Source: Hormiphora californensis (lineage: Eukaryota; Animalia; Ctenophora). Taken from it: a DNA stretch of 64,000 nucleotides. The DNA lies in NCBI GenBank assembly GCA_020137815.1, contig CM035355.1, positions 5,146,001 to 5,210,000 on the forward strand, in the 5' to 3' direction. Shown here one piece after another: positions 22,901 to 33,054 of the stretch (position 1 is its first letter; the number at the start of each line of letters is the position of its first letter). The position numbers were made by a program, and so were the translations under genes. The notes below the pieces were generated by a model. The model saw only the letters and a list, made by a program, of their open reading frames with translations. It ran no database searches and had not been told where the DNA came from.

Positions 22901-24254
22901 GATACCTCTCACAATTCCCAGCTCAGCAGTAGATCAGCCAAACAACCCACCCTCAGGACTGCAAACCTATACCGGGTAATAATAATTGCTGTAGTGTTGT
23001 TTTCTCTCGGAAATCTATATATGGGAATGGGATCGATCCCCGACCTCTCATAGAACACCATAACGCTTTGATTCGATTTAACACCACCACCACCTCTTCC
23101 CAGGAGAAAAACACCCCATTCGGTCTGAGTTTGGGAGGTGGAAAAGGGTGGCCTTTAGGAGGCTCCATTCCTCTCTTTATTTCTGGTCTTCAGAAAGGGG
23201 GCATTGCGGCCCGAACGGGCGTTCTGAAGGTACACTATTACTTCTTTTTTACTTTAGAGCTAACAATTGTTTAGCATTACATTTCACCAGATTCAAATAG
23301 TAAATTTAAGTTTTAATCAATAAATACAATTATTAAACAGGAGAAAGACCGGATAATTTGCATTAACGATATCAACGTAGAAAACCACAGTCATGAAGAT
23401 GCAGTGAAGTTGCTAAGGGAGGCCTCCTCTCCAGTAACTCTTGTAGTGACAGACAACAGGTCAGTTACCCCTCAGTCGGTTACCATGGTAACCTTGATTA
23501 GTCAGTCACTATGGTAACATACTTGTTGTGTTTATGAGTTATCCGATTTCTCAAAAGATAGAACGATCCTAATCAGTAACATTATTTTCAGGCCGAATTT
23601 CCGGATTGAAAAGTTGGTCCGTTCTCTCAAGGAGGGTTTTGGGTTTAGTATCGTCGGAGGGACTGATAGTGAGCCACCTCTACCGATAACAGTGAAACAA
23701 GTATACGATAATGGTGAGTCTCCAGGACTCAGGAGTGAGGTTAACAGACTGGCAGGCATCGCGCTGACCACCTGAAGTGGTCACTGGTACCCGCCCTCCC
23801 TGCCGACCCGTCGGCAGGGAGGGCAGGAAATAAGGGTCTAATGTCCTACATGCCGACGGCGATCTCACCCTAATTTCGTTGGCATGTAGGGCATTAGACC
23901 CCTGTATTCCGCCCTCCCTGCCGAATGCCCTCCCTACCGACCCGTCGGCAGGGAGGACCGTCGGTAGGGAGGGGGTGACTCGTGGTCACTGGTCGGGCAT
24001 CGCGATGACACAAAGGGGGATTCAGTCCTTGCTAGGCAAATACATACTGAATGCTTGAAATCGTCCAATCTTTGTGTTGGAACATAAAAGATTAATTCTC
24101 ATCTCTTCCAGGTCCAGCAAGTGGTAAACTGCGGAGTGGTGATCAGATAATTTCAGTGAATGGTAAAAGTATAGAGGAATACACACGGGAGGAGGCGACA
24201 CTACTTCTTCGATCCTGTACGGAAACCGTCACACTAGTCACATTAAGGTCATGA
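16981..24254 (+). CDS. Multi-PDZ scaffold protein, copy 2 (five PDZ domains, long Arg/Ser/Asp repeat region between PDZ3 and PDZ4); MPDZ/PATJ/PDZD2-like architecture, orthology not assigned
   Basis: Phase-consistent GT-AG exons: (17402)-17806, 18039-18189, 18350-18651 (PDZ1: SLGINV..GIFIKNLVPDGPA..GDQILAVN), 18803-18870, 19165-19759, 19904-20074 + 20192-20324 (PDZ2), 20432-20610 + 20776-20941 (PDZ3: SIGLSI..GIYISQVTPGGAA), 21049-22710, 22842-22975, 23104-23229 + 23341-23459 (PDZ4: PFGLSLGGG), 23592-23713 + 24112-24254 (PDZ5: GFGFSIVGG..GDQIISVNG, TGA). The start is uncertain (ATG 16981 and ATG 17402 are in different frames). Confidence 0.88.
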
Positions 24255-27200
24255 GATATAATAATGAGAGACTGTGAATTTGTACAAAGTTATACCCTTG
24301 GGCCCTTGTCAGCACTATATGAGAGACACGTTTTAATCAATTTTACAGTGCCTTGAAGATTTTACCTATTGATTTGCATGTACTACTGCAGAAAGTGTGT
24401 TGAGAGAGTTCGGTGTTCTACTAAAATACCGCATGATGTAGGGTTGAGAAGTTACATTGAGTTTTTGAGTGTTTTTAGGGTGGTTATTGCTGCACTTCTG
24501 AACAGTTTGAAGTTGAGTGTGCCAAGTTCGAGGTGTTCTTTTACTCGATTATTATTACCTCAGTCTGCATTTGATTTAGATTTGCTCTAATATCCTATGT
24601 TATCTTTTAGCGTTAGAAAGTTTTTTTGATTATATTTTGAGTTGAACTGATACGTAGAAGACTGGAGCGGAGACTGGATAGTTTTTCCAATTCTGAACAG
24701 CTGGTGTTTATTAGCCAAATAATCCCACTGTGTTGCCCTAGAAAATTATTCATTCAACTGTTGTAAATTGAAGTGTCTTAATTGATCTCAAACCTCAATC
24801 TGTCTGGCGGCGCCCGATCCGGATCTGCAAAGACTCAGTAAAGCTGAGCGTTTCGGTATTGAGCATCCAAAATCAAATTGAAAACGGGGCCCCGTGGGGC
24901 GTGGGGTTTGAGGTCTTCCTCTGACCTCTGGGCCTGGCGGCAGGCGGAGACAGACAAATATTGATTCAGGTTATGATATACCATGGGGTTTCCTTTAGTT
25001 CCAAATTGGTGGTCCTGAAGACTATTTCCTAAGAAACGGCGACTGTTGTGATGTAACGCGCGAAGATTTGGGAATAAAGTAGCGCGCGCACGCCGCGCGA
25101 TAACTCAAATGATAAATCTCATTTTATTTTCGATTCGTGTGTGTCACAAAATTCAGAATTTAGTCACGTGACTTTAAATTTTGATGTAATCGTTTTTCAG
25201 CCTTACCTATGCTTGTACGAGGGCCCCCCGAAAAAATTCTCATTAGTCAGTAACTAGTTTGGGATACACTTCGGCCAGTCCCCCAACGAAGGGGCTTCTG
25301 TGTTTGCTGAATGTATAGAAAGCTGTTTTTGCTCGATCCCACAGAGACGCTGCGGGCTGCCCTCTCGTTGGTTCATTTATCGGACCACTGGGAATTCTTA
25401 AGCTATTTTGGGCCAAATAGACTTAACGATTTTTGTGTGCTTTTTGTGGTTTACCCGCTTAAGCCTTGTGTAAAATATCTGCGGTCTGCCTCATTATTGT
25501 TCTGGTACATCATTGCTCTGCAAAGGTTGAGCATAATCTGTGGCTATTTGATGTTCCTGTCATATTATAGAACGTTCCCTTTTTGTTTGTCATTATTTTG
25601 ACTAAAACTGCCTGATAGTTATGCTACCGGAACATTATTTTATTCATGACAGAGTCCACAGGGAACCATAACTTCCCGCGATACTGTCGACGTTAAAGGG
25701 AGTTATTGACTTGTTTGATAACCTAGAAGGCCCTAGTGTTCACGGTCCATTTATCAGTCTCACACGCACTATCATTGCTTGTAACCCCCCCCCCCCCCCG
25801 GGCTGCTGTCAGTTATTAAATTAAATCCCCCTCCTACCTAGCCCTGGTAGCTGGTTTGCTGGTAACCCGGCAACACAGTGCAGCCTAAATAAGGAATATT
25901 TTTGGTAAGTTTAGTTTTGCTGACCTTGTTTATTTGAGCAGAGATGCTTATTGCAAAGAATCTAAATCAATATATAGCATGATCTTGTACGAGCCGATCC
26001 CAGTCTGCCATTTTCCCCTCGCGCGTTTCCTCAGCTGGTTACTATGAATAATGTCGCCCCTTCCTTTTCCCAGGCCTACCAGGTTTATGCCCGTTTGGCC
26101 ATTGGAAAGCCAGCCTCTGGCTCTTCTAATCGTATACTCGCTATCAGTTTCCTATAAATAGTCTAGTAGTATATACTCCATACCCTGATACTATATGCCA
26201 ATCAAATCGAAACAATTAGATCCGAAAATCCCTCACTGACGTCGAAAAATAGGATTTACGTAGTTACAAATCAATTTACTTCACCATTTTAAAATCTTGG
26301 TCTCGAATTTGATAAACTAAACAGCGTTTTTCAAACTATATCCCCCAAATGTATTAAAGTTGACATCATTTACAATCCCCCACTCCACCGCCACTGGGGT
26401 GGCGGGTTCTTTAATTATCCCACTACGTCACTAGCTAGTTTTCACGCTTTCGCTAATCGCAAGACTCGGCCCAATTAATACAGGAAATTTTCCGCTAAGA
26501 TTTAGTTTCGCCCCTATTGATTGCTAGGATTATGTTTTATTTGAAGATGCTATGATCAAATTGTATTAGAACCATGATCTTGTACGAGCGGTAAATCTTC
26601 AGCTCATTTTCCCTCAAGTACCTTGTTTTCCCTTCAGCTGTTTAACATTGAATATAGTGTCGATCTCTATTTTCCCAGGCCGTACAAGGTTATGCCTGGT
26701 TTGGCACGAGGAAAGCAGTTTCTGTATCGTCTCATAGTCAGGTAATTTAATCGCTAATGTTTGTTAATAAAATAGTTAGTAGTAGTATATCAGTTCTGAC
26801 ACATGAGAATATGATCAATCAAAATAGATAAGAGTCACATGGATCGAGAAATAGCCGCGCTGACGTCGAATAAAAAGATTTTAGAGTAGGTTATCAAAAT
26901 AGATATTACATTCCTTGTTTTGTCTATTGTCTTCGAATTTGATAAACTAACGGGTTATTTTGACACCTATAATCATATGTGTGATGTTATGTGGTAGACA
27001 TCAATATTATACAATACTACTTTGGGGGTGGGCGGGGTCTTTACTCTCACTAGTCACTAATGAGTAGTTTTCCACGCTTTCCTAAGATGATCTATCAATC
27101 TATCATAAGACTGGGCCCAAATTATAAGCCAATTGTCCCAAAATTCCATCCCATAGATGGCTACAAAACTGCTTAAAACCACCACCACCTCCAAATTAAA

Positions 27201-27442
27201 TAAATACGACCTGTGGGGGGTACCTGGGGGTCAACTATTATACAGTGAGGGGGTCTAGAACTCTCACACACGCATATGATACACATGGTGTAATGTAATA
27301 AGACTGTTATTAGATCAATGAGAGAGGAGGAGGGGGGTCCTGGTGGTGAGGGCAGTCCCTTCTGAAGGAGGAGGAGGTCCTGTGTGCTCTGAACAGGTCA
27401 ACACTACCTAGCCTGCTGAGAGAGAGGGAGAGAGAGGAGAGG

Positions 27443-27490
<48 letters not shown>

Positions 27491-27907
27491 AAAGTATAGA
27501 TGAGAGATAGAGAGAGAGAGAGAGATCAGCTAGGGACAGGGAATATGGGGAGAGAAAAAGTATAATATGAGAGAATGATATATTTTGGTGGTTTGGATGC
27601 AGGGACACGGCATGTTACCCCCAAATCTAATGTTTTAAAGGGTACTGCTACAACTGCAATACCGTAACATAGATGGGAGAGAGAGTGAGAGAGAGGGGGA
27701 TAGAGAGAGTGAGAGAGAGAGAAATAGGGAGAGAAAAGAGAGAGAGAGTGAAAAGAAAGAGAGGGGGGTTGTCTCTAGATAAGGGGCTCTGGGAAATTGA
27801 CTCTGTTCCTGATAAAGAGAGAGGTAAGCTGTGCTTGTTCCCCCTCCCTCCCATAACCACGGCCCTCTGTCACACATCAGTACATCACTTGACCCACTAG
27901 TGTGGCC

Positions 27908-28042
27908 ACTGTAATCACACTTCACAGGTAGGTCACTTAACCAACACTGTAATCACACATCAATTGACTGTAATCACACATCAATTGACTGTAATCACAC
28001 TTCACTTGACCCAGACTGTAATCAGTAATCACACTTCACAGG
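27908..28042. repeat. Irregular tandem repeat of core (ACT)GTAATCACAC
   Basis: The core recurs about six times, including an exact 21-bp tandem ACTGTAATCACACATCAATTG. Confidence 0.8.
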
Positions 28043-28608
28043 TGATGTCGTCACGCTGATTTTATATAGACCCTGAAATATCTTCTGCTGATGATCAAAA
28101 GACATGTACATTACTAGCTCGACATTCCATTTAGATCATGTATCCGGTCCTGTATTCCAATTTCTGGGTATATTCATCATATGATCACGTTACCAGCTGC
28201 ACTGCAATCTCCATGGAGAAACACAGATCAGAAGAAATTGATCTCAAAACAAATGTTTCTCAAATGTTTTTTTTTTCTCCTCCGATAGATCTCCTCGAAT
28301 GGTCACAGGGAGAGAAAGATAAGGGTAGAGAGGGAGAGATAGAGAGCAGGTCAGAGTTTCTTTTTCGGAGACATCATTACATCACGATCACTGCTTTTCC
28401 CGGTTTGCGGTTAGTACCGGTTTGGTTGTTACCACTCAAGCGATCGTCTGCATTCTCTGTTTTCATCCCTCTCTCCAATTCCCTCTTTAATATGTCGTCG
28501 TTTCCTTGGCAACTCTATCTCTCTCTCCACAGAGGACATGGGGAGAGATAGTACCTTGGTTGCATGGGTAGGGAGAGAGAAATAAAGATAGATAGATAGA
28601 GAGAGAGA

Positions 28609-28669
<61 letters not shown>

Positions 28670-29027
28670 TAGAGAGATAGAGAGATAGAAAGAGAGAGAG
28701 AGACAGATAGAGAGAGCATCATCTTCTAAAGATTATTACCGTCAACCTAAACTGTTTCCTGGATGGTGATCCTTGGCGCTCTCCGTGCTCTGGTGCAGAC
28801 CCTCTCATGGATGTCACGTGACTCAGCCAGGCACTGTACTATGTGGAAGATCACGTGATCCTCATCTCTAGCTGGGGTAGTAGTGTAGAGAGAGGGAGAG
28901 GGAGAGAGAGGGAGAGAGAGTGAGAGAGGGGAAGATCTGAGGGGGGTAATTGGAGCGGTTAGCTTGGTCACGTGTTCACCAAATCAGGGACAACCCAGAG
29001 TAGACAGTAACCGTACAGAGGCAGCAG

Positions 29028-29074
<47 letters not shown>

Positions 29075-29179
29075 AGAGAGGCAGAGAAGATAACTCTGTG
29101 CTCTCAAATGGCAAAGCAGCTCTCAGTGGGTCATTGCACATTTGCCTGCGTGCGTGTACTCCAGTAGTGGGGATCACGT

Positions 29180-29244
<65 letters not shown>

Positions 29245-29837
29245 GCTCCAAATAACTAACGGAGAAGCATACAGAAAGAGAGAATGGGGAAGAGGGAAGG
29301 AGTCGTAAAGATAGTCAGAAGGGGGAAAGAAGAACAAATTGGAATAAAATGGGTAGAAAATGACCGGATTATAATTCACAGTCAAAACGTTTTCATCTCT
29401 CTCTCTCTCTGGATTTGTTCGTCAGTTCTCCGCTCCAATGATATACCCAAGTCCTCCTTGACGTCTGAGAAAAAAGAGAGAGTGGTGAGAGTGAGAATGA
29501 TGAAAAAATATAGGTCAAAAGAGGGAAGAGAGAGAGAAAGAATGATGGAAAATGATAGAAAGATAGAGCTTCGTGTTTGCGTGCTAGGGGGGTTGTGTGT
29601 TGACGGGTCATCCCTCTCTCTGTGTCAACCTGTTGAAATGCTTACTCCCCCCAGTGCCCGCGTACAGAAAGAAGGAGAGGGTTCAGAGAGTGTCACGCCG
29701 CTGAGAGACCGGCTCCCATTGGGCCTTTTTGTGATGACAGCCTTTCTCTCTCTCTACATCTCTATCTGTGTATCTATCTCTCTTTTTCTGTGGGAACCTG
29801 GGACTGAATCACGTGATGCACTGAACTTGTAGGTGCG

Positions 29838-29842
<5 letters not shown>

Positions 29843-29921
<79 letters not shown>
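29843..29921. repeat. (CT)n microsatellite
   Basis: Pure dinucleotide run, immediately upstream of a low-quality stretch. Confidence 0.95.
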
Positions 29922-29925
<4 letters not shown>

Positions 29926-30009
29926 CTTTGCACAAAGGTGGTTAAATTCGAATTAAGAGGACCGTGTTCCTTACCTATCATGTTAGCAAAAATGAACCCT
30001 CTTACTGAT

Positions 30010-31860
30010 AGAGGAGGGGGGGTTGTTTTTGTTTGTGAAGAAAAAAAAAAATAATAAAAAATTAAAAAACCCCTTTTTTTGGGAGGAGGGGCGGGGGGAG
30101 GGATTCTCTTGTTTAAATGGGGAAAGGGAAAACCCCCCGGGGGTAAAAAAAAGGAAGGGCAAATTAACCCTTTTTTTTAAAAAATTTTTGGGCCCCCCCT
30201 TGTTTTAAATTTTTTTTCCCTAAAAAAAATTTTAAGTTAAAAATTACCCTTTTTTTTTGGGGAAAAAGGAAAAAGGGGGGAAGAAATTTGTGGGGTTAAA
30301 AATTTTTTTAAAATTTTTTTAAAAAAATTTCCCCTTTCCCCCCCTTTTTTTTCCCCCCCCTTTCTTCTTTTTCCCCTTTTTTTTTCCTCCCCCCGTTTTT
30401 TCCCCAAAAAGGGGGGGTTAAACAAAATTAGAGGAGGGGCCCTTCCTTTTGTAAAAAAAAAACCCCCTTTTATTTAAAGGGGGGGGTTTTTTTTTTGTAA
30501 AAGGAGAAAAAAAAAACCCCTTTCAAACATTGTTGATCTAGGTTCTTTAGAGATGATATTTAAAAAAATTTTTTTTAAAATGCCCTTTTATTTTCCCCTC
30601 CCAAACCCCTCTTCTTTTTTTCCTTAAGGGGGGGGAAAAAACAATTGGGCCCCCCCTTCCTCCCAAAGCCTTTTCCCACGGGGGGGTTTGGTTTTTAAAA
30701 GAGAAGATAGAAAAATTGAAAAGGGAAGAGAAAGGGGAGAGAAGCGGGGGGGGGAAAAAAAAGGGGAAAAAAAACCCAAAAAAAAAATTTAAAAAAAAGG
30801 GGGAAAAAAGGGGAAAAAAAAAGGGGAGAAAAGGGGGGAGGAAAGGGGGGGATTAGGGTGGATGAAAGGAAATAACCCCAGCCCCCCCCGAAAAGACCAA
30901 AACCCCCCGGGGTTACCTAGGGGGGGGCGCCCGCCGGGGAAAAGAGGCCCCCTAGCGACAGGAAAAACCCCCTAAAAATTTTTGTTTCCAAAAACCGGAC
31001 CCCCCAGGCCGGGAGTGGGAAAGGAATTTTTAAGGGGAAATTTTTGGTTTTAAAAAATTTCTCAAGAAACTTGCTTTTTATTGACTAGGACACCCAAATT
31101 TTGGGGAATCTGGGGAAGGTTAAAACCCCAAAAAGTTCCAAAGGTGAAAAACATTTTACAAAGCCTAAAAAGGGGGATTTTAAAATTTCAAGGGAAAAAA
31201 AGAAAAAAAAAGAAAAAAATTTATTTTTTTTTGGGGGGAGGGGAAAATGTTTTTTAAAATTGGGGGAAAAAACCCCAAATCCCCCCCGGGTTCAGCCCCC
31301 CCCCGAAAAACGGGGGTTTGACCGAATTTAAAAAGGGCCCCCAACCCCCCGGAAAAATTTTAAAAAGAACTGACAAGGGGAAGTAATTGGGAGAGAATTA
31401 AAAAGGGCCAAAAGGGGGTTTTTGTTTCTTAAAAAACCCCCCGGGAAAAAACCTTTAAAAATTTAAGCCCCCCCCGGGGAAAATTTAAAACCCCCTTTTT
31501 TTTTTTTAAACCCCAAACCACCTGGGGGGGGGGGAAACCCCCGGGGGAAAAGGGGGGGGGGGGGGGGGGGGGGAAAATTTTTAAAAAAAAGGGGGGGGGG
31601 GGGAAAAAAAAAGGGAGGCAGGGGGAAAGGGGGGAAAAAAGGGGGGGGGGGGGGCCCCCGGGGGGGAGGAAAGGGGGGGGGGGGGGAAAAAAATTTTTTT
31701 TTTTAAAAAAATTTTTTTTTTTTTTTTTTTAAAACATTTTTCCCCCCAAATTCCTCCCCCCCTAATCCAATTTATTTGGGAAAAAAAAGGAAAAAAGACC
31801 CAAAATTGGGGGGGGGAAAGGGGGGGAAAAAGGGGAAAAAAGGAAGATTTTTTTTTGCAA
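30010..31860. other. Low-quality, homopolymer-dominated sequence (probable base-calling/assembly noise)
   Basis: Consists almost wholly of A/T/G/C homopolymer runs with no codon structure. It begins shortly after a long (CT)n tract. Confidence 0.8.
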
Positions 31861-32108
31861 AATTTCGATCTAGGGTGGTGCATGTTAAATGAGTACCGTC
31901 TGATACCAGATTTTCACTAATATTAAATTTCGAGAGATCTCTAACCGGAGCATCAAATTATGATTATGTGCCGATCAAGCACTTAGTTTTTTACAAACTT
32001 ATTGTTGTTAACGTTAACCTTTGTTGAGTTAGGGGTGTTAAGTTAACAAGTTAACAAGTAAACAAACCGTTTTTGAATCTAATTCACTAATGATATTTCT
32101 CCTTCTAG

Positions 32109-33054
32109 CCAGCTACAAGAGGACGGTTTTGTCAACGTAGCAACATCCCTGAGTATTGCTACCATTGGTGCTAATAAAATAATCCCATCCGGTAAATATA
32201 TATGACATAATTAACAAGAATAAACCATTTTATATCATGAATAAGATCGGTTGTTTATAACAACAATTTTGTGATGGGAATGGGACATGTTTGGATTTGT
32301 TTTGTTAGAGCTAGACAAGTTTGGATCAGTTTAAAATCTGGATTTTTTTAAAGGTTAAACTGAAATTCTGATACCTCCCGTGCGGCGTATATAATACATC
32401 ATTCGACCTTGAGCTGGGGTTTCATAATCATGAAAATAACAAACACATGAATCGCTTCAACTGATTACAACTGATTATTAATAGAAGTTTAAATCGGATG
32501 TTTTGTAAATCATGACATATTAATTAATATGGGTCTATTAATAGAATCGGATTCTTTAAAAGTTTAACCCAAATTAATATATTCTCAGATAGACTGTTCA
32601 ACTTGATTTCCCTCTGTGCCCAAGTAGTCCGAGATACAGACGCCGAGGTATGTTATAGATTGGATAATGGTTACATCTTTTGGCCGTCCAGTAAATCGGG
32701 GCCCCGGTAATTTAGGGCTAGTTTATCGGCGACCGGGGTCTGGCTAAAATTTTATTTTAGAGAGGATGACGTTTTATAACTCGACAGTTATCTCTTTACG
32801 TACACCGGGGGGTACAAAATAGCTACCAAATAGTTACCATGGTTACCAAATAGTTACCAAATAGTAACCATAGTTACCAAATAGTTACCAGCCCTCTATA
32901 TTTCTTTCCCAGGTTTTCTCTGAAGCGGAGCGGTTAGCCATCACAGGAGAGGACATCAACATCTCTCCTCCTCCTCCTGAACTAGCGCCCAGCACAGTTG
33001 TCCTATCAGTTGGCTCAGAAAAACCAGACACCGATCTCAACAAACCACTAAACG
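32109..33054 (+). CDS. Three internal coding exons of unknown function, probably the upstream part of the C2H2 zinc-finger gene
   Basis: GT-AG exons 32109-32191, 32589-32647 and 32913-33054 splice in phase without stops: QLQEDGFVNVATSLSIATIGANKIIPS-DRLFNLISLCAQVVRDTDAE-VFSEAERLAITGEDINISPPPPELAPSTVVLSVGSEKPDTDLNKPLN. The link to the ZF exons is inferred from strand and position only. Confidence 0.6.
32821..32890. repeat. 11-bp tandem repeat (GTTACCAAATA) x~6 in intron
   Basis: Directly visible; includes one GTTACCATGGTTAC. Confidence 0.85.

Larger units (their letters stand above)
4569..24702 (+). repeat. Direct tandem duplication: unit 1 ~4569-16049, unit 2 ~16050-24702
   Basis: 4615-4760 matches 16099-16245, and the end of unit 1 (15981-16042) matches 24628-24692. 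All exons of the PDZ gene occur twice in the same order. Confidence 0.92.

Noticed and set aside
16981-24254. Naming the gene MPDZ, PATJ, MAGI or PTPN13
   Set aside because: No L27, WW, GuK, FERM or phosphatase domain was seen, and orthology cannot be established by eye.
30010-31860. Lys/Phe/Gly/Pro-rich ORFs and G-quadruplex-like runs
   Set aside because: Homopolymer noise; not trustworthy sequence.
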